Shown: positions 42,332 to 51,278 of the stretch, piece after piece
Layout of the letters: every line of letters begins with the position of its first letter
Numbering within the stretch: the stretch's first letter is position 1
Origin: a virus
Length of the DNA stretch: 64,000 nt
Strand: one strand, 5' to 3'
IMG/VR virus record: IMGVR_UViG_3300009130_001466
Location: 32,001 to 96,000 of that record
Notes under the pieces: generated by a model
The model's input: only the letters and a program-made list of their open reading frames with translations
Told to the model about the DNA's origin: nothing
Databases searched by the model: none
Made by a program: the position numbers and the translations under genes

Positions 42332-43245
42332 TTTTCTTCCTTATCTAAAAAATATTGCACGTCTACGTTCCACAACTTATTACCCAAAGAAAGTATTTTA
42401 GGTATTAATTCTTCACTATGTTTTCTGCTGTTTGTAAAAATAAATTGACAATGTCCAGCGAATTCGTGTTGAACAGAAATTAAATTAGAGAAGACCCAGC
42501 CCAGTTTTGGGGCCCGCCTTCCTTTAGTAAAGATAGCTTCTTTTTCTATGGCTTTAATTGATTTTTCTACAACAATATACATATAACTATCAAGCTCCAC
42601 ACATCTCTGCATTTCTCTTCTGAATCTATCTACTTGACCCCCAAACGTTGATAAAAAATCTCCAGCACTTTTTCTGTCTACAAATGTATTGGAAAAATCA
42701 TTTCCGCCCAGCGTATAATCTCCAAAATCTAATTTTAAAATTTGAGACTTAGGAAATTCTAATGGTTGTTGTTCTCTTGTGTCTACCAAAACCTCGACAT
42801 CTACATCTTGTTCAAATTCCTTTGGCATACCCTTGTAAAAAATTGGCTTAGCGCCCATAAGCTCGCAGGCTTTTGTGTATGTCCCAAAGTGTTTTTTGTA
42901 TAGATCTAAGTCAGGTAATTGCCTTTTAGTTAGTTCTAAATAAAATGGAGCATGAGTATATTTTTTTTGTTTTATCCTTCTTTTTGCCAACTCTAATATA
43001 TAATCCCTTACTTCTGAATCTGGCGCAGATAGACACCACTTTACAAGCTGCGATCGGTTGATAAAATCATTTTCGAAGTATTCATCTTTTTTCTTAAAGG
43101 GCAACGGGTTGCCATTTAACTTATTAAATCGCGGATAATGTTTCACATAGTAGTCAGCCACGTACATCTTATGCGCTTTAAGATGCGCATGAAGACTTTT
43201 CTCCGTTTCGAACTCAACCCCGCATTCTTTGCATTTATAAGACAT
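42328..43245 (-). CDS. C2H2 zinc finger + ERCC4/XPF-like nuclease
   Basis: CKEC..LHAHLKAH; VDTREQQP, GDY, VDRKS..DF. Confidence 0.75.
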   Translation of the reverse strand: MSYKCKECGVEFETEKSLHAHLKAHKMYVADYYVKHYPRFNKLNGNPLPFKKKDEYFENDFINRSQLVKWCLSAPDSEVRDYILELAKRRIKQKKYTHAPFYLELTKRQLPDLDLYKKHFGTYTKACELMGAKPIFYKGMPKEFEQDVDVEVLVDTREQQPLEFPKSQILKLDFGDYTLGGNDFSNTFVDRKSAGDFLSTFGGQVDRFRREMQRCVELDSYMYIVVEKSIKAIEKEAIFTKGRRAPKLGWVFSNLISVQHEFAGHCQFIFTNSRKHSEELIPKILSLGNKLWNVDVQYFLDKEEK

Positions 43246-44281
43246 CTTCAATACCAATCCCCAGGACTCTAGCTTTCCAGGCAGCCATGCCTTCTAAGCG
43301 CTCTGCCTCTTTCTTAATAACTTGCTTCTGCATATCTGCTATACGCACCATATTTTTTCTTTCCTCTTCTTCTTGAAATAATTGCACAATAGCCAAGAAG
43401 GACGCCGTATCCTTCTGCTTGCTGGCTAGTCTAGCTCCTCGGTCACCCTGAAGCTTTTTTGTGAGATTCTCAATTCGCGTTTCGCACTGATGGTACTCAG
43501 AGCTTTTAGCCTTTATAATCTCGGCTAGACGAACAGTCATTTCATCTTGGTCGTCTGCGCTTTCAAACATATCGTTTAGTTTCTGCAGGTGCCCAGTAAT
43601 CAATTCAAGATTAATAATCTCTTTGGCGACGTTCATGTATAGATTAAGTTCATCTGCCGTAAGATCTGGTTTGTCCCAAGTTAACCTAATAAATTCTTGC
43701 TCAAACAACTCCTTGTCTCTTGGGCTAGTATAGTTATTTACAATAGCTACGAATCGTGAATTGGACAAGTTGATTCTTAATTTGTCACAACAAGCGTGCT
43801 GGTTTCGCGACATCTTAGCTTCTTCTAGACCATATCCAGTTGAGTCGTTGATTTTTTTGATTATTCTAGAAATCGCCTGAGGAGCAATATAATTTCCAGC
43901 AGAATCCTGCCCTTTATCCTTTTCCTCTTCTTTATCTTGGTTGATTATCTCATTTACAGAGCGCCATTCTTTGGATAATCTGGTTATTTTAGTCTCAAAT
44001 ATAATATCAGCTATTTCTGAAGTATTTAATTTGTCTTTTTTTAATTCTTCGATTTTTTCTAACTGCTCTTCAGAAAAAGATATTTCTTTTATCTTTTCGC
44101 GTTTTGTTGTTTTTGCCTTTAGACCATTTTTGGCTAAAAATTTACTAACACTACGTCCTTCTTTTGATCTCCCATCAAGCTCGTCATCATTAAATACCTT
44201 TTTTGTAATGTTGATTATATTCGGATCGTCTTCGAACATATTTAGGATAAATTCTTTTTGATCGTCTGTTAATTGAATCAT
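43235..44281 (-). CDS. Hypothetical coiled-coil protein (possible terminase small subunit)
   Basis: 348 aa, HTH-like N-terminus, upstream of TerL. Confidence 0.5.
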   Translation of the reverse strand: MIQLTDDQKEFILNMFEDDPNIINITKKVFNDDELDGRSKEGRSVSKFLAKNGLKAKTTKREKIKEISFSEEQLEKIEELKKDKLNTSEIADIIFETKITRLSKEWRSVNEIINQDKEEEKDKGQDSAGNYIAPQAISRIIKKINDSTGYGLEEAKMSRNQHACCDKLRINLSNSRFVAIVNNYTSPRDKELFEQEFIRLTWDKPDLTADELNLYMNVAKEIINLELITGHLQKLNDMFESADDQDEMTVRLAEIIKAKSSEYHQCETRIENLTKKLQGDRGARLASKQKDTASFLAIVQLFQEEEERKNMVRIADMQKQVIKKEAERLEGMAAWKARVLGIGIEDVL

Positions 44282-44949
44282 ATAATATCCTTATTTTTAA
44301 TAATTTTCTTAGCTTTGTCTTGAAAAATTTTTTTCAAATTTTTGATTTGCTTATATCCCGCCGACCTCTTTTTTTCTGTTGTTTTGAAGCCTAAAAATTT
44401 TGCGACATCTTCTTCAGATTTGTTTTGAATAAAGAGCATCTTAAAAGCTGTAAACTGCCTTGGCGTAAGCTCTTCCTCGATTTCACTCGAAAGCTTGCGC
44501 GTCGCTAACTCTAGATCAAGAAATTCATCTTTTCTTTCATAAACCTCGTGAGTGTGATGCTCTATTGTAACGGCGAGCTTAATATCATAAGCAGCTTTTT
44601 TCTTTCGCTCCCAGTCTTTATATTCTGTGCAATGGTTATCCTGCATTCCGCTTTTTGTTTTACTGCAGCCATCTCCTCCAAGATTATACTTGCACCTCAA
44701 ACATGGTCTGGCATAATTGCCGTAATGATTTCGGAGCAAGTTTTTAAATTGATTCGATACAACTCTACTTAACCAAGGTTCGATTGGTTTCGATTGATTC
44801 CATAAATGCCACTTTTTATGTATATGACACATAATAGTTTGCTTGATGTCGTCGTAATCAATATAAGCTAAGGCATCTAAATCCCATTTTGATCTCTTAC
44901 GTTCTAAGGCTGTTTCTATTTCCTTGAGCTTGTCTTCGAAACTGTACAT
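44278..44949 (-). CDS. Second sigma-like factor with Cys-rich insertion
   Basis: PWLSRVVSNQFKNLLR (region 2), LTPRQ..F..SEEDVAKFLG (region 4). Confidence 0.7.
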   Translation of the reverse strand: MYSFEDKLKEIETALERKRSKWDLDALAYIDYDDIKQTIMCHIHKKWHLWNQSKPIEPWLSRVVSNQFKNLLRNHYGNYARPCLRCKYNLGGDGCSKTKSGMQDNHCTEYKDWERKKKAAYDIKLAVTIEHHTHEVYERKDEFLDLELATRKLSSEIEEELTPRQFTAFKMLFIQNKSEEDVAKFLGFKTTEKKRSAGYKQIKNLKKIFQDKAKKIIKNKDII

Positions 44950-45263
44950 TATAAATCATTAATGTCTCTAACTATTCTCCTCTTTCTGCTTAAGGGGCGT
45001 TTGCCAGCAAGAGAACCCATTGTTTGTTGCGCGTCTGCGCCAAAAGTATCGATTTCGTATTCAAGCTTTGTGATACGAGGTACAGATTCTGCATCTGTCT
45101 CATCTTCACTTAGAGCTTCAATTTTTTTCACTTTTCTGTTGATTGGTAAATCTTCGTTTGCATAAGATGAGCCAAACGGACTTCCACAATCAGAACAAAA
45201 CTTGGGCGGGCTGAATTTATATTCAACCTTCTTACCGCAATCTGTACAAAACTTAATAGCCAT
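44949..45263 (-). CDS. Zinc-ribbon protein
   Basis: FCTDCG..KFCSDCG. Confidence 0.75.
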   Translation of the reverse strand: MAIKFCTDCGKKVEYKFSPPKFCSDCGSPFGSSYANEDLPINRKVKKIEALSEDETDAESVPRITKLEYEIDTFGADAQQTMGSLAGKRPLSRKRRIVRDINDL

Positions 45264-45282
45264 AAATTATTATAAATTTATT

Positions 45283-45975
45283 TTAATTATTCTCAAGTTT
45301 AGATACGATAAATTTTACAATTTTACTTCTCTTTATGTCTTCTGTGGTGAATTGTTTGCATATGACTCCATTTTCCACAGAGTCTTCGTTGTCAAACGTT
45401 TTGAAAATTTCAGTAAAGCCACTATTATTAATATCGCTTTGCATAATGTCTCCGCATATAATTATTTTTGAATCCTCTCCTATTCTTGTTAAAACAGTCA
45501 CTAATTCACCATAAGAGAAGTTTTGAGCCTCATCAATTATTACAATTGTATCGTCCCAGTTCGCGCCCCTTACATAATTAACAGGTATGCAATCAAACAT
45601 ATTTTTTTCTCTTAAAATTTTAATGTCAGAAGTATCAAGCATTTCATCGAGCTTATCATAAAATGGACCCGCAAAAACTGCAAACTTTTCTTCTAAAGAC
45701 CCTGGCAGCGCACCCATGCTTCTCTGCGCGCTCTCAGCTATGCTTCTGATATATAGAATACCTTTTTCAAGGTTAGAGTCCATCATGACCTGTAAAGCCG
45801 AATATACAGCCATATAGGTCTTTGCGGTGCCAGCGGGACCAGATAAAAACAATAATTTTGAATCTGGGTCAAGTGCTGTTTTTAGAAAATCAATTTGATT
45901 TTCAGTAAATTTAAATTTACGCTCTTTGAATCTTAGTTTATGATTCAATTGTTTGAATTCAAGCTTGTTAGACAT
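45283..45975 (-). CDS. phoH: PhoH-family ATPase
   Basis: GPAGTAKT, YVRG, IIDEAQN, LTRIG, GDIMQSD. Confidence 0.92.
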   Translation of the reverse strand: MSNKLEFKQLNHKLRFKERKFKFTENQIDFLKTALDPDSKLLFLSGPAGTAKTYMAVYSALQVMMDSNLEKGILYIRSIAESAQRSMGALPGSLEEKFAVFAGPFYDKLDEMLDTSDIKILREKNMFDCIPVNYVRGANWDDTIVIIDEAQNFSYGELVTVLTRIGEDSKIIICGDIMQSDINNSGFTEIFKTFDNEDSVENGVICKQFTTEDIKRSKIVKFIVSKLENN

Positions 45976-45992
45976 TCAAAACTTATTACACT

Positions 45993-46874
45993 TTAAGATA
46001 TCTTTTTTACCGCCCAAGCGTGAATTCTTGGTCTTAAAGATTGGAATGCATTGTAAAAAAATAAAGAATCTGGCAAAGCTAAAGCGCTTGCATCTTTGTT
46101 CCAAACAAATCCTGTTGATGTATTATAGTGTAAATCTGGGTATTGATATTCTCCTATACCATTTATTATATTTTTTAAATTTTCTATACTTGGATCCTCT
46201 ATTCTATTATATAGCAAGCTGTTTCTAGAACCAGGCACAGAAGATATATCATACTGTGAGGCTTTAAAACTGATCAACTGATCGCTCTGTCCTTTATTTA
46301 AAACCTTATAGTTAAGACCCCAATAGGAGCAAAAATAATCTTCTTTATGTGGATATGCGAAGGTGGTAGAAGTTCCTGTTGTTCCTACTATATTAAAATT
46401 TCCTTGACTTTCAGTTATTTCTCTCTCCTCTAACTCTTGACCCTGGTAACTTGAAAAAAATTTATTATCACCTAGGGTGGAGCCGCCATAATCAGGGTGC
46501 GTCATTTTATTGTAGGCATAGGTACTAGTATTGTTTAAAAACGCATATCTAGATTGAGTACCAATAAAGCCGCTATTATTTGTAGATAATGGCAAAGAGT
46601 TTTGATCTTGCTCTTTAATTAATCCTAAATAAGTAAAAGTATCATTTGTTGTCCCGCCAGCGTCAATCGTGGTTGAGGTTGGAGTACCTTTATTTTCGTT
46701 TCCTACTCCTGTTTGCACAAAACTAACAAACATACCTATTTTTATTTCTTCCCAATCGCTACCAAATGTAAATGGGACTTGGTAAGCATAATTCGGTTCA
46801 ATAAGTAAGCTTTTGTCCGTGCCTCCCTGAAAAGCACTATCTATTGTTTTTTCGTATATAAATCCACCAGCCAT
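45993..46874 (-). CDS. Hypothetical virion protein
   Basis: AGTGTAA 8 nt upstream; beta-rich. Confidence 0.6.
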   Translation of the reverse strand: MAGGFIYEKTIDSAFQGGTDKSLLIEPNYAYQVPFTFGSDWEEIKIGMFVSFVQTGVGNENKGTPTSTTIDAGGTTNDTFTYLGLIKEQDQNSLPLSTNNSGFIGTQSRYAFLNNTSTYAYNKMTHPDYGGSTLGDNKFFSSYQGQELEEREITESQGNFNIVGTTGTSTTFAYPHKEDYFCSYWGLNYKVLNKGQSDQLISFKASQYDISSVPGSRNSLLYNRIEDPSIENLKNIINGIGEYQYPDLHYNTSTGFVWNKDASALALPDSLFFYNAFQSLRPRIHAWAVKKIS

Positions 46875-46891
46875 AATACTTATTACACTTT

Positions 46892-48202
46892 TTAAAATTG
46901 ATTTAAATCTTGATTTGTTTCTCCAGTGCTTATATTTTCGAAATCGACTTCGTTTTCGTAATAAATATCAATAAAACTTAATAATTCTTCATCTGTTTGT
47001 CCAGTATTTTCGTTTTCAAAATCAGTTTGACTTTCATAGTATGTGTCAATATGGGCTTTTATGTTTGCAGCATATGTACCTAGAATCTTAAGCTCAAAAT
47101 CTTCTCCAGTTTTTGGTTCTCTTGTTACTATTTCACGTAGCCATAAATTGAAATTAGTTTGACCTGCTTCTCTATCTTCAAAGTCAACTTGGTTTGCATA
47201 AAAAGTGCCATTTAATCTAAATAAAGCAGTATTAAGATTTTCTTCTAATTGGGATAAATGTTCTGCACAAGTATTGAATTCCGATGGGGTTGGTAGAGAG
47301 CCAGTTACTTTTTTAATTGTTGAATAGGCGCTGTACTCATTAGATAGTTGAACAACTTCTCCAGCTCTAGAATCTAATGTTTGATTTGTTAGTGCACTTT
47401 TTTCAAATTGAAAAGAATTTAATGCACAAGTACCCATCGAAAAATCTAAGTCATCTAAAGTTATGCCGCTAGATTTTATATCCTTTATTATTGATTGTAT
47501 TTCAGAAATTCTATTGATGCTTGATTCGTTTTCTTTTGGAGAAAAGATTATATCTATTTTTTTATTAAATTTATCTTCCTCAATTAACCCTGTGACATCT
47601 TCTACTTCTTGCTCCAGCATTTCTATATTAGCATTTATTTTATGAACTACTGGAGAAAATATATTGACATTTGAATAATTTATGCTGCCAATATTGTTTG
47701 TGGGTTTTACATCAAATGAAGCTTCATAATTTAAAGATTTTATAGCAGAATTTTTACCATCTAGATTAAGAGAAAAAATAGAAGGGGTCATATCTAACGC
47801 CTCGAAATCAGCAGAGGCTGTTAAAAGTTTTAAATTGGTAGTGGGTTTCATGTCTCCAAAAATTTGAAGTGTCACGTTTATTTCCCCAAAACCATTTGAA
47901 TCTAAATTCAAACCATAACTAGAAATAGCCGCATTAGTGAAATCTATTGCATTATTTTTGTATACAAATTGCCCAGATAAGTTAGTCGCCCCAGTTAATG
48001 ATTGCAGATAGTCCTTGCCATTATAAGGTTTAGAAAAACTACAAGTCGTTGTCGGCGGCTTATAAATTTTTCTGTTTATTCCTTTGTTTGCGAGTAGCTT
48101 TGTAGCCCCTTCCTGATTGGTCGATTGGAAAGATATGTTACTTATTCCAGTTAGTAATACATCTTGCAGTATTACATAGCTCTCTTCTGATCCATTAAAC
48201 AT
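46892..48202 (-). CDS. Tail tube-like protein with C-terminal DFE repeats
   Basis: Paralog of 48195-48983; 4x DFE...G.T repeats. Confidence 0.55.
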   Translation of the reverse strand: MFNGSEESYVILQDVLLTGISNISFQSTNQEGATKLLANKGINRKIYKPPTTTCSFSKPYNGKDYLQSLTGATNLSGQFVYKNNAIDFTNAAISSYGLNLDSNGFGEINVTLQIFGDMKPTTNLKLLTASADFEALDMTPSIFSLNLDGKNSAIKSLNYEASFDVKPTNNIGSINYSNVNIFSPVVHKINANIEMLEQEVEDVTGLIEEDKFNKKIDIIFSPKENESSINRISEIQSIIKDIKSSGITLDDLDFSMGTCALNSFQFEKSALTNQTLDSRAGEVVQLSNEYSAYSTIKKVTGSLPTPSEFNTCAEHLSQLEENLNTALFRLNGTFYANQVDFEDREAGQTNFNLWLREIVTREPKTGEDFELKILGTYAANIKAHIDTYYESQTDFENENTGQTDEELLSFIDIYYENEVDFENISTGETNQDLNQF

Positions 48203-48983
48203 TTAATTGCAATCCCTGATATTGTATTGAAAACTGAACCAAATCTCCAGCCGCAACACTAACTTCTTGGGAACTTATGCTTGCGTTTGGAATATTATAA
48301 GTATTTAAAACAGAGTTCCCTGTATCTCGTATATCAAATGTTATATTTCTGTTAAATGTTTCTGATTGAATTAACCCCGTAACATCTTCAAATTCTTGTT
48401 CGTCCATTAACATTTTGGCGGATGTGCTATATTTTATTGGAGATAATATTTTGGCGCTGGAAGATTTTATAGAATCTATTTCGTATGTAGGCTTTACATC
48501 AAAATTTACACTATATGAAAAATCTGTTAAAATTGAATTGCGCCCTTCAACATCCACTGAAACCGAATCTGGACCCAACTCCTCGAAAGAATAATCGCTC
48601 TGCGTGGCTGCAATATTTGTTGTTGGTTTAAAATCTCCAAATATTTTCATATCTATTGATATTTTCGGAGAACTGTTGGTATCTACAGATACGGAATATG
48701 AAGAAATAGTCGCCTCATTAAATTCTACGGCATTTGCGCCATATACAAATTGGCCAGAAAGATCGGTCATTCCTGTAAATTCTTGCAGTCTATCTCTTCC
48801 CAAATAAGGTTTTGAAATTTTGCATTGTATTGTGTGCCCTTTATTGATCTTTCTGGTTATTCCTCTTTCAGCAAGTAACACAACCGCATCTTCTTCAACA
48901 TTAGAAGTGAATGATATATCTGTGACACCAGTGATGGCATAACCTTGCATAATTACCTTTGTATCTTCCGAACCTACAAACAT
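48195..48983 (-). CDS. Tail tube-like protein
   Basis: ATG 48983 is 8 nt after AGTGTAA; paralog of the downstream gene. Confidence 0.55.
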   Translation of the reverse strand: MFVGSEDTKVIMQGYAITGVTDISFTSNVEEDAVVLLAERGITRKINKGHTIQCKISKPYLGRDRLQEFTGMTDLSGQFVYGANAVEFNEATISSYSVSVDTNSSPKISIDMKIFGDFKPTTNIAATQSDYSFEELGPDSVSVDVEGRNSILTDFSYSVNFDVKPTYEIDSIKSSSAKILSPIKYSTSAKMLMDEQEFEDVTGLIQSETFNRNITFDIRDTGNSVLNTYNIPNASISSQEVSVAAGDLVQFSIQYQGLQLNV

Positions 48984-49167
48984 AAATTCATTTACACTTT
49001 TTCTTTTTAAAATTTTTTTTCTTTTTTCTTTGTTTTTAAGTGTAACACTACTCGCCCCCATCTGCTTAATCGCGTGGTGTGTTTTTGCTATCGGTCGTAA
49101 CAAATTTAAGCCCCATTTTCTTGGTTCTCAAGATTATGGGGCTTTTTATGTGTAAAAGAATTAGTAC

Positions 49168-49530
49168 ATGAGCATAGAAAATATCCATCTTTTAGAAAAA
49201 GAAATACACCAAACATTTAATTGGGATAACGACACCATTAACTCCCTAACAAGTCGGATAGGCTCTCTTTTAGTTTTCTATCCAATCAGCGAATCTCAAA
49301 ACCTCCATATGTTTACGCATCTTTTACAAGAGTTAAACAGAAAATTAGACAAATTTGGATTTAGTGAAAATATTTCTAGGCCTGTAGATGCTGGGTTCAG
49401 ACCCTTGAATATCGAAGATTTTTTTGGTAATTCGCCTACTCCAGGTGCTAACGATTACCTAAAGCTAGAAGATAGTTCGTATCTATTCCAAGAAAATGCA
49501 TTCAAATTGATCCTAGAGCAGGATATTTAG
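49168..49530 (+). CDS. Hypothetical protein
   Basis: 120 aa, TGTGTAA upstream, LKLEDSSYLFQE. Confidence 0.6.
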   Translation: MSIENIHLLEKEIHQTFNWDNDTINSLTSRIGSLLVFYPISESQNLHMFTHLLQELNRKLDKFGFSENISRPVDAGFRPLNIEDFFGNSPTPGANDYLKLEDSSYLFQENAFKLILEQDI

Positions 49531-49640
49531 TGTAATATAACACGCAGATGCTTATAAAGACAACAGAAACGAATAATAGACCACAATCAAGTATTGGGGC
49601 TTTCGTTGTGTAGTTTTTTATAACTCTCCGAATCAACGTA

Positions 49641-49671
49641 GCCCCGACTTGTAAAAAAGTTGGGGTTTTTT
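49641..49671 (+). terminator. Intrinsic terminator
   Basis: AGCCCCGACTT/AAGTTGGGGTT plus T-run. Confidence 0.75.
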
Positions 49672-49681
49672 GTTTTTAGGG

Positions 49682-49730
49682 TTGACATTTTATTTTTTAT
49701 GTACATAGTGTTTGTTATTGATCTTTGATA
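49682..49730 (+). promoter_or_regulatory. tRNA-cluster promoter with boxA-like site
   Basis: TTGACA-16-CATAGT then GATCTTTGATA. Confidence 0.65.
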
Positions 49731-49751
49731 GTTTATTTTTTGAAATTTTTA

Positions 49752-49823
49752 TGTAGGGAGGTTAGGTAGCCAACGGAGTCTCATAAGCTTCGTGAGCAGG
49801 TTCAATTCCTGCCCCTGCAACCA
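49752..49823 (+). tRNA. tRNA-Met (CAT), atypical D arm
   Basis: TGTAGGG/CCCTGCA acceptor, CTCATAA loop, GGTTCAATTCC, CCA. Confidence 0.8.
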
Positions 49824-49828
49824 TTTAA

Positions 49829-49903
49829 GCCCCTATCGTCTAGCCAGGTCTAGGACACTTGGTTTTCATCCAAGCGACTGCGGTTCGAATCCGCATAGGG
49901 GTA
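49829..49903 (+). tRNA. tRNA-Glu (TTC)
   Basis: CTTGG-TTTTCAT-CCAAG arm, GGTTCGAATCC; no encoded CCA. Confidence 0.88.
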
Positions 49904-49907
49904 CTTA

Positions 49908-49983
49908 GGTCGCATAGTTTTAATTGGCAAAACAGCTGATTTGTAATCAGCCTTTCTCGGTTCAAATCCGAGTGTGACCTCCA
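49908..49983 (+). tRNA. tRNA-Thr (TGT)
   Basis: GCTGA-TTTGTAA-TCAGC arm, CCA. Confidence 0.88.
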
Positions 49984-49990
49984 TTTTTAT

Positions 49991-50065
<75 letters not shown>

Positions 50066-50124
50066 TTTTAACACACCCAGTGATCCTCTTCTTCATTGAA
50101 TGATCATAAAGGCTGGGTACATTT

Positions 50125-50321
50125 TACACAGGCGGTGTTGAAAGTAGAAACACTGCGTGGGCCAGCGTCCGAGGAAGGCGGAATATCGACTCGGTTAATT
50201 CTATGGCATTTTCGTGACCGTAACTGCAAAACGCGAAGCGCATAGAAGCATGGTGATCGATTGGTAATCGTAAGCCTAGTTCCACAAAGACCGTAATAGG
50301 AGTAACGACCTATCCTGTGTA
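50125..50321 (+). ncRNA. tRNA-like RNA with ~120-nt insert at the anticodon arm
   Basis: TACACAGG/CCTGTGTA closing stem, GGTGTT/AACACT D-like arm, ATAGG-AGTAACGA-CCTAT T-like arm. Confidence 0.55.
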
Positions 50322-50325
50322 TTAA

Positions 50326-50401
50326 GCACCTTTAGCTCAATCGGTAGAGCAGTTGACTTTTAATCAATTGGTTCTGGGTTCAAGTCCCAGAGGGTGTACC
50401 A
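50326..50401 (+). tRNA. tRNA-Lys (TTT)
   Basis: Canonical, CTTTTAA loop, CCA. Confidence 0.93.
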
Positions 50402-50408
50402 ATTTTAT

Positions 50409-50485
50409 TGGTTCGTGGTGAAGTGGCCTAACACAACTGGTTTTGATCCAGTCATTCGCAGGTTCAAATCCTGCCGAACCTACCA
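50409..50485 (+). tRNA. tRNA-Gln (TTG)
   Basis: ACTGG-TTTTGAT-CCAGT arm, CCA; 1:72 mismatch. Confidence 0.88.
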
Positions 50486-50487
50486 CC

Positions 50488-51070
50488 TTGACCCCTAATG
50501 CCTCTCATCTAAGTAGCCTTGATGATATGATGCACACTATAGGTAAAAAAAGCAGAGAACGTACCGCTCTGTCATAGGTCGTCAAATCGGTATCGTGAGG
50601 AGCAAACACGTTAACGTATCCAGCAGTGCAAGTGATGTAGGCTATTGCTCACTGCTGATCAATTTAATAGTTCTGATACTTTTCAAGAAGTATTGGGTAA
50701 TGATCCACCATTCCAAATAGGGGGAAACTAAAAAAGTAGTGTAGAACGTACTAGGATATGAGGCTTGTGGAATAGGCGTTGATTGAGCGGTATGCTGTTA
50801 GATCGATCATTTGTCATACAAGGTAACTTCTCTACGTCATCTATTGGGTTAACTATTATCAAAGTAGACCTGCCATGCCTCTGAATGACGAAATTCGGAC
50901 CTCAAGTGCCGTGAGAGTCGAAAGACTCCTATATCATTCAAGCATAATTTGGCGAAAAAGTATAAGAATCTGATCAAATCTTATATTGGTGTTTAGATTG
51001 AGTTTGTAATTTCTCTGCGACGGCGGGGGTTGATAATGAGGATAAGGACTGCGTAGCGGTCGACTCCCTC
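50488..51070 (+). ncRNA. Putative large structured ncRNA
   Basis: No ORF in track; nested long-range helices, GAGTC-GAAA-GACTC hairpin; between tRNAs. Confidence 0.6.
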
Positions 51071-51079
51071 ACACTTTTA

Positions 51080-51156
51080 GGGCCTGTAGCTTAATTGGTG
51101 AAAGCAGCGAACTCATAATTCGTTGAGTCTCGGTTCAAGTCCGAGCGGGCCCACCA
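51080..51156 (+). tRNA. tRNA with CAT anticodon (probably Ile2, possibly Met)
   Basis: GGGCCTG acceptor typical of Ile tRNAs, CTCATAA loop, CCA. Confidence 0.88.
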
Positions 51157-51162
51157 TTTTAT

Positions 51163-51234
51163 GTCGCAGTGTTTAAGGTAAACAAGTGGTCTCCAAAACC
51201 GCCAAAGGGGATTCGATTTCTCCCTGCGGCGCCA
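51163..51234 (+). tRNA. tRNA-Trp (CCA)
   Basis: GTGGT-CTCCAAA-ACCGC arm, G73, CCA. Confidence 0.82.
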
Positions 51235-51278
51235 TTTTTAGCTTGACTTTTATTTTTGGGGCAATAGTATACACACTC

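Noticed and set aside
50488-51070. tmRNA, RNase P or group I intron assignment
   Set aside because: No GGGG..TCCACCA ends, no GAGGAAAGTCC, no recognisable P7 core by eye; left unassigned.
51159-51278. ORFs 51186+ (extension) and 51159-51371 minus
   Set aside because: They overlap tRNA-Trp; the promoter supports ATG 51279.
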